This document shows positions 41,604 through 50,771 of a stretch of DNA of 64,000 nucleotides, in pieces (position 1 is the stretch's first letter; each line of letters opens with the position of its first letter). The DNA is taken from IMG/VR virus record IMGVR_UViG_3300009164_005114, positions 1-64,000 of that record, one strand, 5' to 3'. Under the pieces are notes generated by a model that saw nothing but the letters and a program-made list of their open reading frames with translations, was not told the DNA's origin and did no database searches. The DNA is from a virus. Made by a program: the position numbers and the translations under genes.

Positions 41604-42327
41604 ATGTGAATTGATTGTGTTCTTTATTGTTTTTTAATTCTTGGGTTAATATTCCACTTAAATATTGTGGTGGAATTTTACACGGACTATATAAATTCCA
41701 ATTATAAGTTTGAGTGTAAAAATTATTGTATTGTCCTTGTGACACATCAGACCAACTACTCATCTGAGGAGCCAATGGTAAAATTGGACAATAACTTTGT
41801 TTGATTGGTAATACAAATTGATAGATGTAATCATCAATTGCGTAGTACCCTAATTTTTCAGGTATTTCCATCTCTAATACATTATCATAGATTGAACTAT
41901 GATAAATCATCATATTAGTTGCAAATATACCTCTTTCGTGTTCTTGTTTTGGGGGTAAATTTGTTATATCTAAAAACAAAGGTTGTTCTTTACTACGAAG
42001 AACAGGTCTGTTTAAAGTAGGAGAAAGATTGATAATACCATATTCAAATTCACCACTTTCAGTTTCAATTTTATTAATTAAGTCTTTTGAGTATGGTAAA
42101 AAAGTACAATCATCTTCAATAACCATCACAGAGTCGTATCCCCTCTCTTTAGCAAGTTTAATAATTCCTGTATGAGATAAAGTACATCCTCCGTGATTGT
42201 TTAAATCAACAGCTTTAAATAATTCGTAATCCCATCCCATATAGTCCATCTCTTTTTGAATATGGTCTAATCGGTCAGGTCGTCTTTCTAAATTAACGAC
42301 AAATTTGGGAATGTTGGTAATATTCAT
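41593..42327 (-). CDS. GT25-family glycosyltransferase
   Basis: VVNLERRPDRL, GCTLSH, VIEDD. Confidence 0.85.
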   Translation of the reverse strand: MNITNIPKFVVNLERRPDRLDHIQKEMDYMGWDYELFKAVDLNNHGGCTLSHTGIIKLAKERGYDSVMVIEDDCTFLPYSKDLINKIETESGEFEYGIINLSPTLNRPVLRSKEQPLFLDITNLPPKQEHERGIFATNMMIYHSSIYDNVLEMEIPEKLGYYAIDDYIYQFVLPIKQSYCPILPLAPQMSSWSDVSQGQYNNFYTQTYNWNLYSPCKIPPQYLSGILTQELKNNKEHNQFTYVN

Positions 42328-43592
42328 TAACTAACGTGGTTGTGGGTTAATCTGCCTGTAATTCTATCACACCATCCTTTTGATTCTGAGTAAGGCCATA
42401 CTACCCAGTAAGAAGGTAATTCATCTGTTTGGAATTCTCTCCACACTTTACAATACTTATCAGGGTCTCTCATAAATCCTGCAATTTCATTCTTGTCTGC
42501 ATCTTTTCTGTATAAAGTTTCGTCTTTATCGTTATGGAATGCAACAACCCAAAAATCATAATCCGTTTCAGGTACTTGAGAATATCCGATATCAATACAA
42601 TGTTTAAACATCATACAGAAACTATCTTTCCATTCTTGTTCTGTCTCAAAATTATATGGGTTTGGTGGATAGTTTTTATCTAAAGTATATTTGTCAATTG
42701 CTCTTTTTTGGAATAAGATACCTGCATATTTTTCATACTCGGTTAAAGTTCTAACGGTACCAAAACCATAAGGACCATCATGACCTTCTTGAGTTTCACC
42801 ATCCATACCAAATAATTTTCTATTTGTTAAATGAGATACTCTGTTTCTTTCACCCCAACCTTTGTCATCATCCCATTGTTTTGTTCTACCTTTACGAGTG
42901 TATTCGTGGTAAACAACAGGAATATGTGGGTGGAATAAATCATAACCCCAAGTGTAAGCTCTTGCAGCAATTGAAATTTCTTCTCCGTGGAAATAATATT
43001 CAGGGTTGTGCTGAACTTCAGTTGAGAATTGTCCTAATGTAAAACAGAAGTGAGCTGAGTAGAATCTTGATGTTACAGGTTTTTTTAAATCTTTCCAACC
43101 TGGAATTGTTTCAGGTAAGAAGAATACTGCACCTTCAGGAATGAATCGGTCAAAAACCATTCTCCATGCATCAGGGGCTCTTCCTGCTGGGTCATTTTCG
43201 GGGTCAAAAGAAGGAACGTAGCCCGTAAGTAGAGGCTTCTTATACCCGTCCTTCTGTAACCCCTTTATCATTTTGATAAGGATATCGTCCCAATCCTTAA
43301 CAAATCTCATGTGAGAATCTATTTGTAGTGTATAAGTTTCACCTTTGTAAAGTTGTTGAACTTGGTGTCTCGCCCAACAAACACCTTTAGAATCTTGATA
43401 AGGAATATCTAAAATTCTAAATCTTTTGTCGTTTTTATACTCATCTAAATTATCAAAACCGTCTTCTTCACTGTATTGTCTTGCAATACCGAAAACTAAG
43501 TTATTTGGTTTTTTGGCGTTTTCCAACATGTCTTTAATTGTTGGGATTAACTGCGGGTCTCTGTATGAGGCAATTTGGATAAAAATCTTCAT
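42327..43592 (-). CDS. GT60-like polypeptide N-acetylglucosaminyltransferase (Gnt1/TcOGNT family)
   Basis: IFIQIASYRDP, GVCWAR, LQIDSHMRF..WD, FHGEEI...RAYTWGYDLFHP, YHEY. Confidence 0.85.
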   Translation of the reverse strand: MKIFIQIASYRDPQLIPTIKDMLENAKKPNNLVFGIARQYSEEDGFDNLDEYKNDKRFRILDIPYQDSKGVCWARHQVQQLYKGETYTLQIDSHMRFVKDWDDILIKMIKGLQKDGYKKPLLTGYVPSFDPENDPAGRAPDAWRMVFDRFIPEGAVFFLPETIPGWKDLKKPVTSRFYSAHFCFTLGQFSTEVQHNPEYYFHGEEISIAARAYTWGYDLFHPHIPVVYHEYTRKGRTKQWDDDKGWGERNRVSHLTNRKLFGMDGETQEGHDGPYGFGTVRTLTEYEKYAGILFQKRAIDKYTLDKNYPPNPYNFETEQEWKDSFCMMFKHCIDIGYSQVPETDYDFWVVAFHNDKDETLYRKDADKNEIAGFMRDPDKYCKVWREFQTDELPSYWVVWPYSESKGWCDRITGRLTHNHVS

Positions 43593-43617
43593 GTATGTTA
43601 TATTTTACCCTAAAAAT

Positions 43618-43649
43618 AAAAAACCCTCCACGAAGGTGAAGGGTTTTTT
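43618..43649 (-). terminator. Terminator between mucin-like genes and the GT operon
   Basis: Minus strand AAAAAACCCTTCAC-CTTC-GTGGAGGGTTTTTT. Confidence 0.75.
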
Positions 43650-43673
43650 ACATATATTAATTTTCTTTTTTTA

Positions 43674-44774
43674 TTAACATCCGTTAGGGTCAGAAGCGGT
43701 AATTAAACCAGCTCCACCACTAACTAAATACCATGCAGTACCGTTAGAATAATAACCATCTGCCGCCACAATTGATAATCCTGTGTTAACATATAATGTC
43801 TCACCAATGTTAGGTCCAGGTCCTTGAGATGCTGGTACATAAAGTGTGTTAGGTGCTGAACTAAAGTCGGTACATGCTAAATTTGATGTTGAACCTGTTC
43901 CCAGAATATAAGTATAATATCCGAATGTTGCGGTAGGTGTTGTAGTTACTGTAGGTGTGTTAGTTGGAGTTGAAGTATGAGTTGGTGTTGGAGTTTGTGT
44001 TGGTAATAATGAACATAATGAGAATCCTCCTGTTTCATTACCATTTGAATTTAATTGAACTACTTGTCCTGAGTTTGAATAGCAACCTGTCATATTAACA
44101 GTTACTGGTCCGTATACTAAATTAAAGAATTGTGTATTTTCATCAAAGTTTGCAAGTTCACCATAAATTGTTATTGATGGTGATGCGTTACATGCATCAT
44201 TACTTGTTAAACCTGTTGAAACTGAGAACGAAAATCTTGCTCTTGTTGGTGTAGGTGTGTTAGTTGGTGTTTCAGTTTGAGTCGGAGTTGGTGTAACTGC
44301 CGCAGTTCCTGTTTGTGTTGGAGTCGCAGTTAATGTTGTTGTGGTTGTTGGTGTTTGAGTTGGTGTTTCCGTATTAGTTGGAGTTGGTGTATTAGTTGGA
44401 GTTGCAGTTAATGTAGTTGTCGTTGTTGGTGTTTGAGTTGGTGTCTCCGTATTAGTTGTAGTTGGAGTTGGTGTAGGTGTTGTTCCAGGCGTTTGAGTAT
44501 TTGTTGGTGTTAAAGTTGGTGTTGGAGTTGCGGTCTTTGTCGGAGTTGGGGTACTAGTTGGATAATACATTGGATATGCTCCATTATTAACCAATACCAC
44601 ACTATTAACAAATGACGGTGCAATTGAATAAGTGTTGTTTATTAACCAAATATTTTTTGTTTGGTTTGGTAATAACTCAACTTGGTATTCCCACATTGAA
44701 TCGTCACATCTTCTATAATTGAAGTTTACAACGGTTGAACCCGTGTTTGTTAAGGTATATTTGCTACATGCCAT
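43674..44774 (-). CDS. Mucin-like Thr/Pro-repeat protein B (probable virion protein)
   Basis: TPT tracts separate three Cys-containing globular modules; no signal peptide; TATTTAT upstream. Confidence 0.8.
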   Translation of the reverse strand: MACSKYTLTNTGSTVVNFNYRRCDDSMWEYQVELLPNQTKNIWLINNTYSIAPSFVNSVVLVNNGAYPMYYPTSTPTPTKTATPTPTLTPTNTQTPGTTPTPTPTTTNTETPTQTPTTTTTLTATPTNTPTPTNTETPTQTPTTTTTLTATPTQTGTAAVTPTPTQTETPTNTPTPTRARFSFSVSTGLTSNDACNASPSITIYGELANFDENTQFFNLVYGPVTVNMTGCYSNSGQVVQLNSNGNETGGFSLCSLLPTQTPTPTHTSTPTNTPTVTTTPTATFGYYTYILGTGSTSNLACTDFSSAPNTLYVPASQGPGPNIGETLYVNTGLSIVAADGYYSNGTAWYLVSGGAGLITASDPNGC

Positions 44775-44858
44775 CTTGATTTCTTTTTATAATATAAATA
44801 CTAAGTATTTGTTTATTAGATTCAATATTTCTAATTTTTTATTTTTTTAATTTTGTTC

Positions 44859-46610
44859 TTAGCACCCATTAGGGTCAGAACTTCCAATTTGACCTAAACC
44901 ACCACTAACTAAGTACCATGCAGTACCATTAGAATAGTAACCATCCGCGGCTGGTGTTGTTAATGAAGTATTAACATATAAGTACTCGCCAACATTAGGA
45001 CCAGTCCCTTGAGATACTGGTGCATAAAGAGTATTAGGGGCGGAACTAAAGTCAGCACACGCGGTGTTTGTTGTTAATCCCGTACCTAAAATATATGTGT
45101 AATACCCAAATGTTGCTGTAGGTGTTGTTGTTGGTGTAGGTGTTGGAGTTTGAGTTAAAAGTGAACATAATGAGAATACTCCTACATAGTTACCGTTAGA
45201 GTCTAACTCAACTACTTGTCCTGAATTTTTATAATAACCTGTCATATTCACCGTCACTGGTCCATAAAGAGAATTAAAGAATTGCGTATTTTCGTCAAAG
45301 TTTACAAATTCACCATAAATTGTTATTGAAGGTGACGCATCACACGCATCGTATTGAGTGGTCCCTGTTGAAACTGAGAACGAGAATCTTGTTCTTGTTG
45401 GTGTTGGAGTTTGAGTTGGTGTTTCGGTATTAGTTGGTGTTTGAGTTTGAGTTGGTGTTTTGGTATTAGTTGGTGTTTGAGTTGGTGTTTGAGTTGGTGT
45501 TTCCGTGTTAGTTTGTGTAGGTGTTTGAGTTTGAGTCTCAGTATTTGTAGGTGTTTGTGTAGGTGTTTGAGTTTGAGTCTCAGTATTTGTAGGTGTTTGT
45601 GTAGGTGTTTGAGTTTGAGTCTCAGTATTTGTAGGTGTTTGCGTTTGTGTTGCAGTATTACTTGGGGTTTGGGTAGGTGTAGGTGTTTTTGTTGAAGTAT
45701 TAGTTGGTGTTGCAGTTGGAGTTGGTAAAGGACATCCTCCTAATAATACAATATTACCATCACCATATGCAATTTGAATTGTTTCCGCACAATAAATTTG
45801 AGTTGTAAATACATCTAAGAAGAAATCAAATTCAAACCCATCACAATCAATACCAACAAAAGTTGTTTGATTTTGAGTTCCACCAAACAATAAATAAGTT
45901 TTACATATTGAATTAGTAGGTGTTTGAGTTTGAGTTGGTGTTAATGTCGGAGTATTAGTTGAAGTTTCTGTGTTAGTTGGTGTTAAAGTTTGTGTAGGTG
46001 TTTGAGTTGGAGTTTCCGCAGCAGTCCCTGTATTTGTAGGTGTATTTGTTGGCGTTTCCGTGTTAGTTGGTGTAGTTGTTGGGGTTGAGGTGTTAGTCGT
46101 GGTATTACTAGGTGTGTTTGTTGGAGTTTCCGTGTTAGTTGGAGTTGCTGTAGGAGTTAATCCAATAGTAACAGATGGGGTTGGTGTCATTGTTTCGGTT
46201 GGAGTTTGAGTTGGGGTTTCAGTTGTTGTTGAGGTTGGAGTAACTGTTGAGGTTACTGTTGCGGTTGGTGTTACTGTTGCAGTTGACGTAGGAGTTAATG
46301 TAGGAGTTTCCGTAGGTGTTGGCGTTAATCCTTCTGTTTGAGTTGGAGTTTGAGTTGGAGTTGAAGTGTTGGTTGGTGTATTTGTTTGAGTTGGCGTAGG
46401 ACTAGGTGTTGGACCTGGAACATTTAATGTGTAGGTATAACCATAAGTTGGTACATATAAATCATAGATACCGTAATAATAACTAGATATATAGTTAAAC
46501 GGAATTATTTGCGTTCCCAAATCAATAGTACCTCCCGTGTCTGGAAAATACGTAACTTGTGAGGTTTGCCCACTTAAATTATCACTTTCAATTCTTATTC
46601 CTAATGCCAT
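44859..46610 (-). CDS. Mucin-like Thr/Pro-repeat protein A (probable virion protein)
   Basis: Three TPT tracts; the last two modules are paralogous to protein B (both end SDPNGC). Confidence 0.8.
   Translation of the reverse strand: MALGIRIESDNLSGQTSQVTYFPDTGGTIDLGTQIIPFNYISSYYYGIYDLYVPTYGYTYTLNVPGPTPSPTPTQTNTPTNTSTPTQTPTQTEGLTPTPTETPTLTPTSTATVTPTATVTSTVTPTSTTTETPTQTPTETMTPTPSVTIGLTPTATPTNTETPTNTPSNTTTNTSTPTTTPTNTETPTNTPTNTGTAAETPTQTPTQTLTPTNTETSTNTPTLTPTQTQTPTNSICKTYLLFGGTQNQTTFVGIDCDGFEFDFFLDVFTTQIYCAETIQIAYGDGNIVLLGGCPLPTPTATPTNTSTKTPTPTQTPSNTATQTQTPTNTETQTQTPTQTPTNTETQTQTPTQTPTNTETQTQTPTQTNTETPTQTPTQTPTNTKTPTQTQTPTNTETPTQTPTPTRTRFSFSVSTGTTQYDACDASPSITIYGEFVNFDENTQFFNSLYGPVTVNMTGYYKNSGQVVELDSNGNYVGVFSLCSLLTQTPTPTPTTTPTATFGYYTYILGTGLTTNTACADFSSAPNTLYAPVSQGTGPNVGEYLYVNTSLTTPAADGYYSNGTAWYLVSGGLGQIGSSDPNGC
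45511..45636. repeat. Three perfect 42-bp tandem repeats (coding 14-aa TPTNTETQTQTPTQ unit)
   Basis: gtttgtgtaggtgtttgagtttgagtctcagtatttgtaggt x3. Confidence 0.9.
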
Positions 46611-46643
46611 GTCAATAAATACTTAATTTTTTTGTTTTATTCT

Positions 46644-48650
46644 TTAAACTATACGACCAATTCCATTTATTACTACATATCTCAAATCGTTTTGAGGTAT
46701 TAAAATATATTCCAAATCATCATCAGGTATTAATAAATAAACCAAATCTTCATCTGGAATTACTACATATGTCAAATCATTTTGAGGAACAATAATCGCA
46801 CAATCAGGGCAAATAGGATTTAATAATCCATATTTATTTTTTAATAATTTAAAGTTGTGTTTAATTTGTGATGCATTGAGAGGTTCTGTATACATTCTAA
46901 ACGCACTAATGTCACCAATCATACTACCCCCAAAAATTTCTTCTAATCTAACATGAGTTGTAAGACCCGAATATTCTGTGTGGTCTAAATCGTATGTCGT
47001 TAAACACTCAGGGTCTTGTTGGTAAACAATCTCGTTTATATTTGGAGGACATCCTCCTGAGAATGTTAAATTATCGTGAAGTCCTTGAGTACCTCCACCT
47101 ATTGAAATGTTATATCCAACGCCAATTTGTTTTTCTTTTGGAGTGTTAAGTAACCTTGGGATAATTTCTTCAAAATTTTCTGTGACCATGAACAATTTAC
47201 CATTAACATAGAATTTTAATGTTCCCATTCTATATTTTTGCTCTTCAGTCCACATGTCAGTAAATGTTACAACCTCAGTTGTTGCTGGGTCATAACTTGG
47301 GTCATGAGTTATTGGAGGTTCAATTAAACTAACACTTCTACCTTCAATAGTTGCAAAATAAACATCTTTAACTAAAAGACCTAATCCACCTTTATCATAT
47401 AAATCACAAGTATCTAACCATTCATATCTTTGGAAAACCGCATCAATTTGAACCCAATGTTCCAAATTAATATATGGTGTTAATTTACATTCATCAAAAA
47501 TCCCTCTTGTTGAACACCATTCAGTTACTGAAGTCCCTGTTACATATGTTAAACCTGTAAGACAAGTTCCAGTGTGTTCACACCCACCAGTAATTCTATA
47601 TGTCTTAACACATAATCTTGGGTTTCCACTATCACCACTAAGTCTTAATGATAAACCATTTGAAACTCCATCATACAATGGGTCTGTTTCAGGGTATTGC
47701 GCCTTTGAATCACAATCACAAGGACAACCACAAGTACAATGCGTTATTGTGCCACCCGATGGTTGGTAAACTTGTAAACATTCTGATGATGTGTTTGCCG
47801 AACTTGCACAACCACAAGTATGCATACAAGTTAATCCTGACGTAACTCTTGTATATCCAGTATCTTGTATTGGACTTCCGTCGGCGTAATGGTAATATTT
47901 GTTTTCAGCTCTTGCCCCCATATAAAAGAAGGTACCTTTATTATCAGGATATCTTTCATTCAATCCCACAGAAGTATCACCAGTCCACCTATATCTTAAC
48001 ATGAACTCGGTTGTCCAACCTAAAGGAACTCTTTGAGGAAATACTTGATAATCATAACCTGGTACTTTGTAGAATCCTTGGAAGAACCCTCCATTTAATT
48101 TCGCAACATACCCAATATTTCCACCAACATTTTGGTAAGATAAGTCGTAATTATAGGAATTATCATTCCATAATCTATTTTCAGTTGTTGTAAAACCTGT
48201 GATTGGGTGGAGTTTCATTCTCCTATCGTATTTGTATCTACTAAATCTATCAGATACATTTTCATATAAACCAGTAGTAATTTCAATAGTTTCTCCTGAC
48301 ATATGTTGAACCAAACCATTATCCATACCTGTTAATCCAATGTCACATAACTCTGTAGTTTTTACACAAAAATTTGGATTGATGTCTTCAGGGTTCCAAT
48401 AGTTTTCAGAAACAATTGTTTGATAATCAAAAGAACACGCAGATATTTGGCATAATGTTGTTCCAGTGCTATTAAATTCAAATTTAAATGGCATTCTATT
48501 TCCATCTTCCTCACCTATTAATAGTGGAGAAAATATAACTTCTTGGTCATAGTCTTTTTCATCCGACGCTAAACAAATATCGGTTACTTCGTTGACTGGT
48601 TTAAGACCCCAACGTCTAAAATTATATTGATTAATATTCTGATATGCCAT
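46644..48650 (-). CDS. Cys-rich structural protein with LamG/concanavalin-A-like domain
   Basis: LKFYVNGKL, IGGGTQG, GDISAFRMYTEPLNASQIKHNF; C-terminal 10-aa repeats. Confidence 0.7.
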   Translation of the reverse strand: MAYQNINQYNFRRWGLKPVNEVTDICLASDEKDYDQEVIFSPLLIGEEDGNRMPFKFEFNSTGTTLCQISACSFDYQTIVSENYWNPEDINPNFCVKTTELCDIGLTGMDNGLVQHMSGETIEITTGLYENVSDRFSRYKYDRRMKLHPITGFTTTENRLWNDNSYNYDLSYQNVGGNIGYVAKLNGGFFQGFYKVPGYDYQVFPQRVPLGWTTEFMLRYRWTGDTSVGLNERYPDNKGTFFYMGARAENKYYHYADGSPIQDTGYTRVTSGLTCMHTCGCASSANTSSECLQVYQPSGGTITHCTCGCPCDCDSKAQYPETDPLYDGVSNGLSLRLSGDSGNPRLCVKTYRITGGCEHTGTCLTGLTYVTGTSVTEWCSTRGIFDECKLTPYINLEHWVQIDAVFQRYEWLDTCDLYDKGGLGLLVKDVYFATIEGRSVSLIEPPITHDPSYDPATTEVVTFTDMWTEEQKYRMGTLKFYVNGKLFMVTENFEEIIPRLLNTPKEKQIGVGYNISIGGGTQGLHDNLTFSGGCPPNINEIVYQQDPECLTTYDLDHTEYSGLTTHVRLEEIFGGSMIGDISAFRMYTEPLNASQIKHNFKLLKNKYGLLNPICPDCAIIVPQNDLTYVVIPDEDLVYLLIPDDDLEYILIPQNDLRYVVINGIGRIV

Positions 48651-48702
48651 ATGATATTGATAAATACCTTGTGTCCTAGTATTTATAGATAAAAAAGAAG
48701 AG

Positions 48703-49533
48703 ATGATTACAACAGATAACGAATTTTATTCATCACCATACTATTTTCTTTTAAGAGATAAAGGAGATAAATACTCATTATATTTCTCCGTAGAGGGAAA
48801 TTTGACCGAAGCTCGTGAAAAAGATGAGGTGATTCACTTTGAAAAAAGTAAAGGTACAAAAGTTAAAAACCATCTTAAGAAAGTTGCCAAAGAGAAAAAA
48901 ATTAAAACAACTAAAGGTCTTAAGAAGGATTTGGAAGAATTAGTAAATTTAGATGGAGCATTGTCCAATTCTAAAATTCCAATTCTTGACCCAAAACTTC
49001 ACCCTAAAAAAACAATGGACCAAACCGTTGCAGCTGCTCGTATTACAAATGACCCTATTTCTCGTGGTTATAGAAGTTATTATGGTGAGTCAGTTGAGGA
49101 AGTTAGTGAAATTGATATGTCGGGGGCTTTTGGATACGAAGAGACTGAAGATATGGACGGAGCAGAAACTTACAAATATTTAGTTAAAAAGATGGGTATG
49201 GAACCTGATGAGGCAAAAGAAAGAACAAAACAACAAGGTAAAGACCCTTCAGGTAAAAAAGATAAAAATTCAAAGTATTATAAAGATAAAAATTTTGTAA
49301 CAAGGGCAACTTTATCTGAAATACAAAAACAAAAAATGATTAAAGTGGTTGAAGACATTTTAATGGGTAAAAAAAATTCAGACAATTCTGAGGTTGGAAA
49401 AAAAGAACTTCCTAAGAATATTGATGAATTACCACTATTAATTAGAAAAAATTTAAAAACTCTTTTGGGTCATGTTGAAAAAAACGGATTCTCAAAAGAA
49501 GATTTAATCAAACTTATAAAAAAAGGTGAATAA
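48703..49533 (+). CDS. Hypothetical protein
   Basis: 276 aa, charged; TATTTAT upstream. Confidence 0.7.
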   Translation: MITTDNEFYSSPYYFLLRDKGDKYSLYFSVEGNLTEAREKDEVIHFEKSKGTKVKNHLKKVAKEKKIKTTKGLKKDLEELVNLDGALSNSKIPILDPKLHPKKTMDQTVAAARITNDPISRGYRSYYGESVEEVSEIDMSGAFGYEETEDMDGAETYKYLVKKMGMEPDEAKERTKQQGKDPSGKKDKNSKYYKDKNFVTRATLSEIQKQKMIKVVEDILMGKKNSDNSEVGKKELPKNIDELPLLIRKNLKTLLGHVEKNGFSKEDLIKLIKKGE

Positions 49534-49993
49534 AAGTTTATACGATAAAGAGATTGAATTTCCATCTGACAAAAGGGAGTATATGAAAAAATGTTTTCAT
49601 ATGGTTAAAAATGCAAATGAGAAAACTGAGGGATTTAACAGAAATAAAGAACTTCAGGGACAAAAATTTATCACATATAAACAATTAAAAAGAATTAAAA
49701 ACTTTTTTGATAACTTTAAAGGTAACCAAAAAGAACCTTCATTTATTTTAAATGGTGGTGTTGAAATTAAAAATTGGGTTAACGATGAGTTAAGAAAAAT
49801 GAGGGAGTATATTAAAAATACCAAAACGAATAAAATGAACGCTGGTATGATGAACCAATTCATTGACCCTCACGAGAAAAAAGATTTTACAAATGTAAGA
49901 CCATCTCAAGAACATTCAAAAACTGTAGACAAATATAACCCTTCAGTTAATGAAAGTGTTAAGAGAATAAACGAACTAATTTCAAAAATATAA
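49526..49993 (+). CDS. Hypothetical protein
   Basis: 155 aa, translationally coupled. Confidence 0.65.
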   Translation: MNKSLYDKEIEFPSDKREYMKKCFHMVKNANEKTEGFNRNKELQGQKFITYKQLKRIKNFFDNFKGNQKEPSFILNGGVEIKNWVNDELRKMREYIKNTKTNKMNAGMMNQFIDPHEKKDFTNVRPSQEHSKTVDKYNPSVNESVKRINELISKI

Positions 49994-49997
49994 TATC

Positions 49998-50291
49998 ATG
50001 GCACAACAAACAACAGTTGATTTAAACCAAAATGAACCAAACGCAATGACAGCAATTGCAGAACAAGAAAGAGCTAAATTGATTCCTAAAAACGATTATA
50101 ATCAAGCGGGTAATCCTTATTCTTCTGTAAACAAAGATGCGGTTGCCGATGGTGACTCTATGGGTAGAGGTACAGGCTCTTTTTTAGATGTTTATAACGT
50201 AAACGCGGGAACGATAGATGATATCGTGGAAAGAAAAAGTGAGGTAAAAATCAATCAATACAATTCATCAAAAACATACCCTAATTTCTAA
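49998..50291 (+). CDS. Hypothetical protein
   Basis: 97 aa, in operon. Confidence 0.65.
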   Translation: MAQQTTVDLNQNEPNAMTAIAEQERAKLIPKNDYNQAGNPYSSVNKDAVADGDSMGRGTGSFLDVYNVNAGTIDDIVERKSEVKINQYNSSKTYPNF

Positions 50292-50770
50292 TGAAACTAC
50301 AAGGAGCATTAAAAGGTTTAATTTGTGAAATCGCGTCTTTAGATGGTATTGTCGATGCTATTAAAGGACGAAAAGTTGTTATTATTTATTACGATGGTGA
50401 TGAACCAGGTGGTAGAGGACTAAGACAAATTGAGCCAGTATGCTTAGGAGTTAGTAAAGCGGGTAATAAAGTTTTAAGAGCTTGGGATTCAGAGGGGTCG
50501 TCTCACACTGCTTATGAAGGAGACCAACCATTACCAGGGTGGAGATTATTTAGGTTAGATAAAATTCTATCTAACAAACCTACGGGTGAGGTTTACAATG
50601 AACCCAAACCTGGTTATAATTTTAACGGAGACAAAAGTATGGTTAGTGTTATTATTAATGCTAAGTTTGATAATACACCACCACAACCTCAAACGCCACC
50701 AACACCACAACCTGAAACACCACCAACACCTGAAACTCCACCAACACCAGAAGAAGAAAATTTAACATAA
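50291..50770 (+). CDS. Stand-alone WYL-domain protein with Pro/Thr tail
   Basis: IYYDG...R.IEPVCLG...LRAW...WRLFRLDKI. Confidence 0.8.
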   Translation: MKLQGALKGLICEIASLDGIVDAIKGRKVVIIYYDGDEPGGRGLRQIEPVCLGVSKAGNKVLRAWDSEGSSHTAYEGDQPLPGWRLFRLDKILSNKPTGEVYNEPKPGYNFNGDKSMVSVIINAKFDNTPPQPQTPPTPQPETPPTPETPPTPEEENLT

Positions 50771-50771
50771 C

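Noticed and set aside
43674-45400. Diversity-generating retroelement TR/VR pair in the duplicated mucin modules
   Set aside because: Both copies are coding, the differences are not adenine-specific by eye, and no reverse transcriptase is present
45400-46400. Repeats superficially like a CRISPR array, and the plus-strand ORF 45411-45695
   Set aside because: The repeats are in-frame Thr/Pro codons with no unique spacers; the ORF is an antisense shadow
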